A DNA stretch of 61,979 nt, filler included, from 21 parts of 21 records of this genome joined end to end with filler, not necessarily neighbours in it, one strand, 5' to 3'. Counted from the whole stretch's first letter, positions 24,161 to 35,650 are shown. Made by a program: numbers and translations. The notes: generated by a model from the sequence alone, not told the origin.

Positions 24161-24862
24161 TTTAGCGAAAGAAATAACAGAGAAACATCGACTAGGTAAG
24201 TCAACTGCAGCAAAAAATGGCTAGTCTCATCATCAGAGCAATGTCACAAGTAGAATTCCAGGAAGTCAACCCTCGAGCTAATCATAACTGGCGGCACTTT
24301 CTCAGAGAAATGACTGTCATACTACCGCGCAGTAGGCCTACTCAATAAATTCATATACAGGCCCATCGATCTCCCCTAACAAGCCATAGTAACACGGAGA
24401 GATTCCCACGCCGATGAAGACAACGAAACCAGCGATTTTATAGTTCGTCGACTTTTGTGTATGATCCCTGCGGAAAAAACTTCATGGATCTGTCGCGTTG
24501 TGAATCCACGTATGCACAAAATAATGTCTATCTTTTAAGTACAGCGTTGAATGGGCCAGAAAACAGAGTTATTCTGGAGCTGTTTTTAGAAAAATGACGT
24601 GCAGTTTTTAACCCAAACCTGGATATGTCGACCACTGGACGTTAGGCTCCACGGTGAGTAGACGCAGGAATAGCAGTACCTGAGAATAACTCAGAAAAAC
24701 GCTCAAATATTAACTTTTTGACGAGCGCGAAAATGTAAACAAACCATCGACGCCATGTTGTGNNNNNNNNNNNNNNNNNNNNNNNNNNNNNNNNNNNNNN
24801 NNNNNNTTAATTAATTAANNNNNNNNNNNNNNNNNNNNNNNNNNNNNNNNNNNNNNNNNNNN

Positions 24863-26259
24863 TCAATACTACCCATCTTATCATACCAGATTAGAAAACA
24901 ATCATCAATATACCTTTTCCAGTTGTTGATGATATACTGGGCAGTAAAATAAGAATATTTTTGATTTACTAGTCTTTTTAAACTTATTTCTAAATATGCC
25001 ATGTATAATATAGCATATATAACTGCCATCTTTGTCCCCATTGCAGTTCCGTGCAATTGTAGATAATATTTACTATTAAAATGAAAAATATTATTTTCTA
25101 GAATCAGTTTTATACAATCAATAACAAAGTCAGGTGAAAACCTTGTGTGAAGGAGTTCTGGATGTTTCCGTAACCAGTAGTCTATGGCTTTTATCCCCTC
25201 CTTGTGTGGAATGTTTGTATATAGACTGCTCACATCAAATGTTGTAAAAGTGGCTCCTTCTTTAACTGACATTGGTAAATGATTTAGAAAATCAATATCG
25301 TCACGTACGTAACTAGGAACCACGTTTACATAATTTTTCAATAACAAGTCCACAAAGTGACTTAAACGATGTGTGGGACATGCTGGTCCGGCGACTATTG
25401 GTCGGAATGGCAAATCTGCTGGTGATGGTACTGTAACGCATATATTATTTTGTTGTTTAATAGCCTCTTGAATTAACGTTGACTTGTGTATTTTTGGCAA
25501 TCCATAAAAGTTACTAGTTTTATAGTCGAATTCAGTGATGAAATTTATCTCATCCTTTGTTAGGATATCAGAGTATTTATTAGTTAATTTCATCACTTTT
25601 GACATTACTCTTGAGTCTGTATTGCCACGAAGTTCTTCATAAGTATCCTTTATATTTAACATATTATTAATTTTATGAACATAATAGTCCTCATCCATGA
25701 TTACCCAAACTTTGCTTTTGTCTGCTTGTTTTATCACAATTGATTTATTGTTAATGAGACTTTTGAGAGCTTGGTTTTCATCGAATGAGAGGTTTCGTTT
25801 GTGTTGACTGTTATTTTCATTGTTTATAACAGGATAGGCTTCCAATATGTTACAAAAATCATCTAGTGATTTGTTTCTGCCACTTGGGGGATTGAAAAAC
25901 TTTTTATTTCTTGCTAAAGAATCATCTTCCCCGTCCTCGTCTTCTGAGTCTTTAAAATGCCATTCTGAAACACGAAATTTTCTGCAGACTTCTTTTGTGT
26001 CTGCTTTTATCTCGATCGGGTTAGGCTTTGGTGTTGGTGTAAATTTTGCACCGTGACTTAGAAGTTGGATTTCGCTGGCTGTTAACATATATTTGGAAAG
26101 ATTAATGATTTTTGTGGTTTGAATGTTTGATTCATTAGATATTTCCTGCTTTGTTGTATTTTGATAAATTGGCTCAGTTACATGTAGCCACTTTTTTCGT
26201 TTGGATACTTTTTGCGTACCATTTTTCTTGTGTTTTGGTATAAAAAATGGTTGTTGGTG
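24863..26259 (-). CDS. Penelope-like element reverse transcriptase ORF, 3'-partial (frame open from 26259, first ATG at 26088)
   Basis: IINLS..LT..E..LL..GAKFTPTP, ADK, FYGLPKIHK, RPIV, FDVSSLYTNIP, GTAMGT, RYIDD. Confidence 0.93.
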
Positions 26260-27236
26260 TTAACGTTATTAGTACCATATGGTTTGTTTACTGTGTTCAG
26301 TACAGCTCGACATGATACTGCTGCTGTATGATAATAACAGCATATATTGCATATGGGTGCAGTTGTGGTGCTAACTCTTACATTTGTATTTTGGCGTGTT
26401 GTTTGTTTCAAATATTTCACTCGACTGTTGTGTTCGGGAACAAAGGTGGTTGTAAGTGCCTGTGGTGATCGATTTAACTTACTTCTGAACCAACATCTGT
26501 GTTCTCGGTGTCCAGTTTTCTTACAGATTTGGCAAAATCTTGGTGGGGCAGGTTGTTGTTTCTTTGGCTTTCGCTTATTTGTTTTAGCCTGTTTTGTTTT
26601 CGGTTTTCCTGCATTTGGGAGATTAAGTAGCCAGATCTCATTTTTCTTCCAAAGATTTTGTGATTTTAGTTCTTCTTTTGCATATTCATGTGTCCACAGT
26701 TCGAGGAGGTCACTCGAGAAGTTGGTATTTTCATTTTCTGTTATCTTACTGTACATTTCACTGTCAACCGTGTGGTACTTTTTTGCATAGTTGTCCGCTC
26801 TGCTTAGTAACACGTTGATTTCGGTATTCATTTTTTGGTGTGCTAAGTTTTTGTACAAATCCTTTACTTGTTGTGTTTCGCTGTCAAGGTTTAGATTTGT
26901 AATGAATTTATCTGGGATAAATCCATCGTTGTTTTGTAACCAGGTCTTATAAATATCTGCTTTCTTGCTAGATCGCAAATAGTTATAATATGCAATTTTG
27001 CGTACGTTCAGCCTGGTTTTCCACTTATGGTCTGCCTTGAAAGATTTGATATACAGGTCTTTCTCCCTTTGATTATTGTTAGATACCGGTATAAGGATCC
27101 GTGGATCAATGGCAGGCATATTTCGTTTGTTATGCTCGCTAACCTGGTTTTGTAGCACATTTTTGTTAGTTTCAATGGCATCAAATGGATCAATGGCAGG
27201 TATATTTCGCTTGCTAACCTGGTTTTGTAGAAGCAC
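26178..27236 (-). CDS. Upstream ORF1 of the Penelope-like element (helical region, CCHC knuckle); start uncertain
   Basis: 352-aa ORF with CQICKKTGHREHRC and an N-terminal duplicated LQNQVS..RN.PAIDP; overlaps the RT frame by 82 nt. Confidence 0.75.
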   Translation of the reverse strand: MLLQNQVSKRNIPAIDPFDAIETNKNVLQNQVSEHNKRNMPAIDPRILIPVSNNNQREKDLYIKSFKADHKWKTRLNVRKIAYYNYLRSSKKADIYKTWLQNNDGFIPDKFITNLNLDSETQQVKDLYKNLAHQKMNTEINVLLSRADNYAKKYHTVDSEMYSKITENENTNFSSDLLELWTHEYAKEELKSQNLWKKNEIWLLNLPNAGKPKTKQAKTNKRKPKKQQPAPPRFCQICKKTGHREHRCWFRSKLNRSPQALTTTFVPEHNSRVKYLKQTTRQNTNVRVSTTTAPICNICCYYHTAAVSCRAVLNTVNKPYGTNNVNTNNHFLYQNTRKMVRKKYPNEKSGYM

Positions 27237-27477
27237 ATTTCTGTTAGTTTCGAAATTGTTAGGTAGAGCTAAAAGATAACTGACCTGATTTTCTNNNNNN
27301 NNNNNNNNNNNNNNNNNNNNNNNNNNNNNNNNNNNNNNTTAATTAATTAANNNNNNNNNNNNNNNNNNNNNNNNNNNNNNNNNNNNNNNNNNNNTCTATC
27401 TCTTCTTCAGGAAGCTCATAGTAAGTATTTTTTTATTCTAACATTACTGCACTTCCTGTAAGCTGAACTCTGTAGCT

Positions 27478-29664
27478 ATGGGTAAACAGAAACCCAATTA
27501 CTATTATGTCACTAGAGGTAGGGAGGTTGGCATCTTTATGTCAAGTGAATGGGACCGCGTTGTACAGAGCGTACTGCATATAGACAACTGTTATCAAGGG
27601 GTTGACACACTGGCTGAATGTGTACAAATTCTTCTTATTGCTGGTCTTAATCCGTTAAGAGCATACTATCATCCGGATCTTGAAGACGAAATAAAGAAGA
27701 GCATAATCAATGCACCTAGACCTTCTAGAGAGCGCAAAAGTACCGAACGCTACCAGCAATACACGGATGATCTACATGCCGAAAATACGACAGCCCTATT
27801 CGCTGAGCAGATTAACGACCCGTTGCTTGGATTCTCTGTTACTGTTTCACCTTGTCAGTCAACTTCTGAGTTAAGGCCAGAAAGTACACCAAGACAGCAG
27901 TCCAGTGTATACAGTCTGAATGATTTTAGTCCTAGTCAAGAGTGTGTCCCTACTCCACATAACTACAGTGCTATAAACAGTCATGAAGTGGGTGAGGGAT
28001 CTCTGCTTGATCACAGTATCAACAATATCAACCGGAGTACAGACCCTAAAACCATCATCGATGGTTTAATGGAGGCTTGCTACCCGGAAGATGTTGTCCA
28101 TGAACTATCTGTACATGACCATCTAATAGGCCTTATTAACAATAGCAAGGACACGTCTACTATGATGGCAGGCAATCTGTCTCTGTCAGCTGAAGGTAAT
28201 GCTCCTTACTGTAACCCAACTACTGAGCTAAAAGCTACTGAAGTAAGTAGTGTTATTATGGGGACTGTTTTGGATTTGGCATCCGCACTCAGTGAGCAGG
28301 TACACTCCGGTACAGATGACACGGCGGCTGTTTTGGATTTAGCTCAATCGGTGGCTGTTTTGGATTTAGCACAAACGGCGGCTGTTTTGGATTTAGCAGA
28401 AAAACCAAGTCAGGATGTACTAACAGGTGCGGGTAATACAATGGCTGTCTTGAATCCGCCTACCACGCTCAGTGAGCAGGAAGCTAACACCAACATTAAA
28501 GCGGTGGCTATTTTGGATTTGCCTGCGAATAAAAAGCACAAGAAAAAGTCCACTTCAGAAAACAATACCCTCACCTGTGGTCAGTGTAAAAAACAGCTGA
28601 CTGAAATTAAAAAGCTGTCTACCGCGCTAGAAAGTCAGAAGAAGGAATATCTCATGCGAACAGAGGAAAATAAAGCGATGAAAACTCAGATTAAGCAACT
28701 TCAAGACCAACAGGCGCTAACCAGTAACATGTTTACTAAAGTCATGGAAAAACTTGAAGTACTAGAGGACCAAATGAAGACAGTTGTCTTCAATACATCC
28801 GATGATGTCTTGAAAATAACTTCAAAAAAGAAAAGTTTGCCTATACAGTCCAGCATTAATACTGTCAACACACCCATAGACCTTCATAACACATTTAGTG
28901 TGTTAGACTGCAGCGGAGATGGGGCTTCTCGCGAAATAGAAGAAAACCAAGCTTTGGCTAGTGCAGTCGATGCATCTGAATCTCGCCACATCGCTGACAC
29001 AGAGCATCCAGTGGAGGGCCCTAGAACTTCTGCAACTCCTGCTGACAAAGACATTGGTGGTCTACAACATAATGATAAAGATAGAGCTAGTAACACCAAC
29101 ATCTACCTTCATCTGATTGGAAACTCTATCTGTAAGGGTGTTTCTGTTGTTAGGGATTCTATGAGTAGCACAACCTTTCCATGCCCTGGTGCTAAAGCAC
29201 AACAGTTTGATTTCACCAGGTACCACGATACAAGCAGAAAGCCGGATGTTCTTGTGCTACAGACCTTCGGAAATAACATTGATGAAAGGGCGAACGAGAC
29301 ATGCGAGCAAACAAAGAAAGTGATCAATGAAGTTGTGGAAAAAGCCAAGACTGTTTACAATGATGAGGACATTTTTCTGTGCAGCATCCCCCCTCGTTTA
29401 AGAAATGCAGCATTCAACGATCGTCGCGCGACCATTAACACATACTTAAAAAAGGTAGCATCTACTGATGCAAGACTTCACTACATAGATCATGATCCAG
29501 TTTTTCAATGCCATGACAGTCAAGCGGAGAGTTTGTTTATTGATAGAATACACATGAATCAAGCAGGGAAAAAGGCACTTGCAGACAACATCGAAAAAGA
29601 GATCCGTAAGACAATGGGTGCAGGCCAAAATTTTCAACCGTTACAGGATCGTCTTCCAATATAG
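27478..29664 (+). CDS. LINE ORF1 (RTEX/CR1-type): RNase H1-like N-terminal hybrid-binding domain, coiled coil, SGNH esterase
   Basis: N-terminal YYYVTRGREVGIF..EW..V...V....YQG; coiled coil; SGNH blocks IGNS, PGA, FGNN, CSIPPR, DRIHMN..G. Followed by an APE start. Confidence 0.82.
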   Translation: MGKQKPNYYYVTRGREVGIFMSSEWDRVVQSVLHIDNCYQGVDTLAECVQILLIAGLNPLRAYYHPDLEDEIKKSIINAPRPSRERKSTERYQQYTDDLHAENTTALFAEQINDPLLGFSVTVSPCQSTSELRPESTPRQQSSVYSLNDFSPSQECVPTPHNYSAINSHEVGEGSLLDHSINNINRSTDPKTIIDGLMEACYPEDVVHELSVHDHLIGLINNSKDTSTMMAGNLSLSAEGNAPYCNPTTELKATEVSSVIMGTVLDLASALSEQVHSGTDDTAAVLDLAQSVAVLDLAQTAAVLDLAEKPSQDVLTGAGNTMAVLNPPTTLSEQEANTNIKAVAILDLPANKKHKKKSTSENNTLTCGQCKKQLTEIKKLSTALESQKKEYLMRTEENKAMKTQIKQLQDQQALTSNMFTKVMEKLEVLEDQMKTVVFNTSDDVLKITSKKKSLPIQSSINTVNTPIDLHNTFSVLDCSGDGASREIEENQALASAVDASESRHIADTEHPVEGPRTSATPADKDIGGLQHNDKDRASNTNIYLHLIGNSICKGVSVVRDSMSSTTFPCPGAKAQQFDFTRYHDTSRKPDVLVLQTFGNNIDERANETCEQTKKVINEVVEKAKTVYNDEDIFLCSIPPRLRNAAFNDRRATINTYLKKVASTDARLHYIDHDPVFQCHDSQAESLFIDRIHMNQAGKKALADNIEKEIRKTMGAGQNFQPLQDRLPI
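28321..28401 (+). repeat. Three 27-bp tandem copies encoding (T/S)(A/V)AVLDLA(Q/E)
   Basis: gctgttttggatttagc occurs three times at 27-nt spacing; related copies near 28262 and 28501. Confidence 0.9.
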
Positions 29665-29709
29665 CACCTGGAATATCTGTTATGAGTTGGAATATAGGGG
29701 GACTGAAAA
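29610..29709 (+). CDS. LINE ORF2 APE N-terminus (ISVMSWNIGGLK), -1 frame relative to ORF1, 3'-partial
   Basis: Manual translation: frame opens after TAA 29607-29609; SWNIGG is APE motif I. Confidence 0.75.
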
Positions 29710-29809
29710 NNNNNNNNNNNNNNNNNNNNNNNNNNNNNNNNNNNNNNNNNNNNTTAATTAATTAANNNNNNNNNNNNNNNNNNNNNNNNNNNNNNNNNNN
29801 NNNNNNNNN

Positions 29810-32499
29810 TAGAACGTAGACCTGCATTCTGTAACACCTTGCTCCAAAATTCACGTTTACAGTCTTTGCCTAAACTCATTTGGACAGAAGAAGCTAAGGA
29901 TATCTACAATAACGAGCTAGCTAGTGCCCAGTTTAAAAATAGTATTGGCTATTTCATAAATGAGTCATTTGAACCTAACGAGACAGGTGTCGAGGCTGCA
30001 ACAAATTCGCTTACAAGTCTTATATACGGCGCTACCCTAAAAGCAGTAAAAGTGAAACGAGTCATTGCTAAGACAAAATCTGTTAGTAATAAAACAAAAC
30101 ACAAAAATAAATGGTATACTGATACTTGCACCGAAGCCTATAGAAAGCTAAAATTGTCTATCATATTGTTAAACAAATATCCTAATGACCCCTACATAAG
30201 GGGCTGCTATTTCGTTGAGCGTAGAAACTATAGAAAATTACTAAAATCAGCCAAATCTAATTATAAAAATAGACTGCTTGATAACATAAGTAATACGGAT
30301 CCTAATAATAGTAAAACATTTTGGAAGCACATCAAAAATTTGTCTGGTACAGAGAGAGAAAACCTTGCAGATGGTATTCTGCCAGAGGAATGGTCAGACT
30401 ACTTCAAAACGTCAGACAAAAATTTTAACACCGTAGACACAGCGCAACAGGTACATATTACAAATCGCTTAATTGATTTAGAAAAAGAGTTAGAAAACAC
30501 AACAATACTAGATAACGCTATTACAATTAGCGAGATAGATTATGTCATTAATAGGTTGAAAATTGGTAAATCTCCAGGTCCAGACTTAATTCTAAGTGAA
30601 AGCATTAAGTATGGTAAAACAGTGCTATTGCAACCTTTACTAAAGCTATTTAATCTCATTCTAGCTAGCGGCCATTTTCCAAAAATATGGGCTGCTGGCC
30701 ATTTAGTTCCAATTCACAAGGCAGACGACGTATGTCTACCGGAAAACTATAGAGGCATAACTTTATCTAGCATAGTTGGGAAATTATTTTTATCTATTTT
30801 ATGTAAACGCTTATATGAATTTATCAAAGAAAAACTAACTCCTTTTCAGTCTGGTTTTAAACCTGAACACAGGACAACTGATAATATTTTTGTACTAAAA
30901 ACTCTCATTGATAAGTATTTAAAACTAAACAATTCTAAACTGTATGTTTGCTTTGTAGATTTTAAAAAAGCTTTTGATAGTGTATGGAGGAATGGACTTT
31001 TTTACAAAATACTTAACATGGGTGTTGGTGGCAAATTTTATAAAATAATTCGTTCTATGTTCGATAATACTTCTACTTGCACAAAACTGTCGGCTGGTAT
31101 AACGGATCCCATTCTTCTTACTTCTGGCATACGCCAAGGTTGCCCACTCAGTCCTCTACTATTTAATATATTTTTAGATGATATTGTGAAATTTCTTGAT
31201 ATTCCGGAATGCACACCCCCCACCTTAATCGATACTAAAGTTAACTGTTTAATGTTTGCGGATGATATTGTAATTTTATCGGAAACAGCAAAGGGTCTAC
31301 AAAAATCACTTGACCTCTTACAAGAGTATTGCAGCACCTGGAAACTTACAGTTAATCTAAAAAAGACAAAAGTTGTAATCTTCAGTAAAAATTGTAATAT
31401 AAAATATCCACCTTTCTATTATAATAATACGCATGTAGAATCAAGCAAATTTTACACATACTTAGGCTTAACTTTTCATGCATGTGGTTCGTTTAAGCGA
31501 GCGAAATACGATCTTTCATGTAAGGCCACTAAAGCTTACTTTAATATGGCCAAAAATGTCAATTTATTCAATCCTTTCCGTAGACCTAACATACCACTTC
31601 TTTTCAAATTATTTGATTCACTTATCAAACCGGTTTTACTATATGGTAGCGAAATATGGGCCTTTGAACAGTGTGATGACTCTGCACCAGCAGAAAAATT
31701 ACACTTAAAATTTTGTAAACACTTGTTAAGAATAAACTCCAAGGCACATAATGATGCTTCACGTGCGGAGCTGGGGCGTTTCCCCCTTTATTTGGACGCA
31801 CAAATAGCAATGATCAAATATTGGGTAAGACTTATAAATAATCCACCTAACAGTCTAATCAAGGAGACCTACGAGCTTCAAAAACAAATGGATAATAGCA
31901 GCGTGGATTGCTGGGCTTCTACTGTTAGAAAAACTCTGAACAATCTAGGAATGCCGTGCATATGGAATAGCAATAACATACATAGGCCAAAAATATTGAT
32001 CGCAAAAATTAAACAAACATTAAGAGACAACTTCATTCAACTCTTCTTCTTTAAAATTAATCAAAATGTGGAGCCTAGACATAACAGAATTACCGACACA
32101 GGAGGAAAATTACGAACTTATAAATTATTAAAACAGCAATACCAACTAGAATTCTATCTACTAAATACAAATCTGAACATTCCTTATATAACGAAACTAC
32201 GCTTAAGCGCCCACTCATTCCTTCAAATTGAGAAAGGTAGACACAGCAACACCCCTCTTGCAAATAGAATTTGTCATACTTGTGGCAGCCTCGACGACGA
32301 ATTCCACTTCTTTATTAAATGTATAAAATACTCTACTTTCCGAGATTTTTTATTCAATGATATCTCTCTATATGATCAAACATTTCTCACCATTAATGAT
32401 CACGACAAGTTTCTATACCTATTAAATCCCCCATGTCATATCAGCGCCAATAAAATAAGTAATTTTCTGAGTAAGTGCTTCCCACTTCACCGAGGATAA
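29810..32499 (+). CDS. RTEX-like LINE ORF2 (RT and C-terminal domain), 5'-partial
   Basis: KSPGPD, NYRGITL, FQSGF, FVDFKKAFDSV, RQGCPLSP, FADD, YGSEIW, HLKFCK, RAELGRFPL, KLRTY, IEKGR, C..C..DDEFHFF..C. Confidence 0.9.
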
Positions 32500-32685
32500 C
32501 TAGAAAAATATTGAATATCCCTCTACGACCATACTATACTGATAGAATAATGTGGTTCACTACATAGTGGAGTGAAATTAGGGAANNNNNNNNNNNNNNN
32601 NNNNNNNNNNNNNNNNNNNNNNNNNNNNNTTAATTAATTAANNNNNNNNNNNNNNNNNNNNNNNNNNNNNNNNNNNNNNNNNNNN

Positions 32686-34256
32686 TTTAAGAGTAAAATT
32701 ATTATTGCTATTTTCATTTCTTGGCTTAGTTCCTCATCTTGTATGATTTCTTCGAATACATCCAGCAGATGATTCCCCAATAAATCCCAAAACTTTTTAT
32801 AGAACTCGTTTGTTATTCCATCATATCCAGGACTTGTACATTTACTGGATTGTTTCACTGCCTTTGAGAACTCGTCTAGCGATATTGGTCTATCCAAACC
32901 TGCCTTTTCTTCAGCTGTAATTTGGGGAAGATCGTTCAGAATTTCATCTATGTATTTATCTTCAATGTCCTCTTTTTTATACAGTTGTTCGTAGAACTTA
33001 ATTACGTGATCTTTAATCTTATTATCATCATCAGTAACATTTCCCTGGTTAATTTCCATAGACTTTATTACATGTGCAGTTGCCTTCTGTTTTTCCAGTG
33101 AGTAGAAGTACTTGGTTGGCTTGTCAATTTCATGTATTTGCTTAAATCTGGAGTTTACAAGCGCACCCTGGGCTCGTTTTTTAAATAAATTGTTCAATAT
33201 TTGTTTCTTTTGCTCGTATGCTTCTTTGTCATTATTTGTTGTGACGCCGTTTTTAATAACTTCGTTTAGTTGATTTTGAAGAAGATGTACTTCCTTGCGT
33301 TCATCTCTTGCTTTTAGTACGGAGAAATTAATGCTGATGCATTTTATTTTGCTTTTAAAGATTTCCCACCACAGTGAAATGTTACCAGTGTAAAGTTCCT
33401 TCTCTAAAATCCAGGATTCCGTAAATTTCTTGATTATGTCGCAATATTCATTGTCATCAAGAAGAGCATTGTTCAACTTCCATCTTCCTTTGCTCTCTGC
33501 ATTATTTTTTGGCATGCTTGTGTAGAACGTTGTTACGAGGCCTTCATGGTCCGACAGACTGCAAGCTTCAATGCTACATGATTTTACAATTGATTGAATT
33601 TGTTTTGAACAGTATATCCTATCCAATCTTGCCTTAATTATTGTATTTCCTCGTGAACTCATGTAAGTGTATTGTTTAATATTTTGGTGCGTAAGACGCC
33701 ATATGTCCTTCACCTGTAGTTGATTGCATATGTCTTTGAGTTTCTTTTGTAAGTTAGTACGTCTCTCCGTGGCATTGTTTTGCCTGTCTAATCTTGGGTT
33801 TAAGGTGACGTTGAAATCTCCGATCAGTATATATTTTTCTGGATCCTGACCTGTAGCATGAATGCAGAGTTGATCCAATGTTCTAATTGCGTCATTATCA
33901 TTTTGCGGTGTGTAAATATTGTATATTTTGTACGCGTTGTTGTTTACTTCAATGTTTACAAAGACTAAGTTCCCAGGTACTATCTCCTCAGTATGTGTTA
34001 CAGTTATGTTGCTACCTTTTCGTATGGCTAAACCGACTCCTGAAAATCTGTGTGTTGTGGAAAAGAAGTAATAGTTATAAGGCAAGCTGTTCCAAAACAT
34101 GGCATCACTCCTGAGTTGCTCATCGGAAATGTTGGTCTCTTGCAAAAAAGCAATATCTATTTGTAGTAGCTTCAAATAGTCGGTGATTTGCGCTGCTCTT
34201 GTTCTCTGAGACATTCCATGGGTGTTTAAAGAGAGCATGTTAAAAGAATCGGCCAT
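32686..34256 (-). CDS. L1/Tx1 LINE ORF2 (APE and linker), 3'-partial
   Basis: SLNTHG, LQETN, YTP, GDFN, ARLDRIY, SDH, WKLNN, SPGYDG..EFY. Confidence 0.93.
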
Positions 34257-34340
34257 GTTTAAGTGTATAAAGGATTGAAGCAGCTTTTATTTTATCTGTT
34301 TACAAGTTAAGTTCGCAATAGTTTTGAATGGGTAGACTTC

Positions 34341-34781
34341 CTAGTGTATGCTGCTTTCTCTTAATATCGATATTACACGATTAATTCTTTTTCTTACATT
34401 CTGATTGTGCATTCCTTCCGTTGTTTCATGTGTTCTCTTTTGTTTTTTCTCATCTTCCAACTGCTTCAGAAGTCCATCCATGTCCGTGGTAAACTGTTTG
34501 GCTATTTTTTCAATTTCTCCTTTACGTTTTGCTTTCGTCAGATTAAGGAAGTCTTTGAGATCGCTTCTCCGTAATGGGTAGCTGTCAGATATAAACGCTG
34601 TACTGGTCAAATCCTGGGTTTGGATCGACGTGTTCGAGTGGTCTGATTCACTTGGCGCGTCATCTATGCCATTTTCTGACATTTCTGGGCATTTTTTTGT
34701 ATTGGTCACAGGCTGTTTGAAATACTCTGCGCTATTCCCTTCCGGGCTATTTGTATCAAGTATCTGTGACAAAGATATGGG
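34341..34781 (-). CDS. C-terminus of L1/Tx1 ORF1, 5'-partial
   Basis: Ends 84 nt before the ORF2 ATG; LKDFLNLTKAKRK..FTTDMDGL resembles the C-terminus of the 3659-5890 ORF1. Confidence 0.75.
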   Translation of the reverse strand, partial: PISLSQILDTNSPEGNSAEYFKQPVTNTKKCPEMSENGIDDAPSESDHSNTSIQTQDLTSTAFISDSYPLRRSDLKDFLNLTKAKRKGEIEKIAKQFTTDMDGLLKQLEDEKKQKRTHETTEGMHNQNVRKRINRVISILRESSIH

Positions 34782-34881
34782 NNNNNNNNNNNNNNNNNNN
34801 NNNNNNNNNNNNNNNNNNNNNNNNNTTAATTAATTAANNNNNNNNNNNNNNNNNNNNNNNNNNNNNNNNNNNNNNNNNNNN

Positions 34882-35650
34882 CAGAAGTTTCAAGTGATCC
34901 TGCTGTGCTTGTGGATGTATCATGTGTTGAACAAACTTTACTTTGAAGATCCGACATACAATACTTGCGTTCTCCAGGAATGCAGCAGTCCCGTCCATTT
35001 GCAGTATAGCTTTTACAAACTGCTGTTTCGTTGTATGCCTTGCTATGGGGACAAGTAGCTTTCTCAGGACACGGCTTTACAAAATTTATTTTAATGATTT
35101 TGTGGCCCTCTCTTTTTCCCGGTTTGAATTTTCCCCGCCATAGCAGTTTGTACGCGAAGAGAAACTCTGTATTTTTTTCCTTTGCATGGATGCCTTTAAT
35201 GCCCACACCGATCCTGCAGCCTTTAAAGGTACACTCTGCGTCAGATATATCTTCGATATTAGCAGGAAGGCCGACAGCACGTGGGGTGCATTGTGTTGCA
35301 TTGTTTGCGTGAAGCAGACATGTTACGCTGCCTTGTTCTTTTTCAACACTGTGCTTAGGCCCTAGTGTTATCTCCAGATGAAGCGGCGTCGTTAAGCTGC
35401 CAGTTATTTTGGCCTTTGCAAAAATTTCCAATCTCTCTCCTTCAACAACTTCGATGGAGAGTTTTTCGTCAATATCAGGATCTGCCGATTCATTGCTTGC
35501 AGAACGCCATAATGGTGCGTTGGCCTGAACACATCTCAGGGCATATTCCCCTTCACATAGTTCAAAATACTCTTTGCACTGGTTAGATATGTTTATAGTA
35601 ACAAACAGAAAGCATAATACATGTATCTTTGGGCAGGAGAACATTTTCAT
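34882..35650 (-). CDS. Putative secreted or surface Cys-rich protein, possibly Ig-like, 3'-partial
   Basis: Hydrophobic N-terminus (VLCFLFVTINIS), beta-rich middle (SIEVVEGERLEI), Cys-rich module and Ser/Thr-rich stalk. No family recognised. Confidence 0.55.

Noticed and set aside
23511-24224. 237-aa plus-strand ORF and the many other short antisense ORFs (e.g. 48544-49068, 61005-61493)
   Set aside because: They are shadows of well-supported opposite-strand CDSs and carry no motifs.
24863-27294. Hammerhead ribozyme or selenocysteine (in-frame TGA) features known from some Penelope-like clades
   Set aside because: No in-frame TGA in the visible RT and no hammerhead core recognised; the terminal repeats are outside the contig.
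27395-32585. Treating the esterase-ORF1 contig and the following RTEX ORF2 contig as one element
   Set aside because: Compatible in type, but separated by a spacer with most of the APE missing; linkage cannot be shown.
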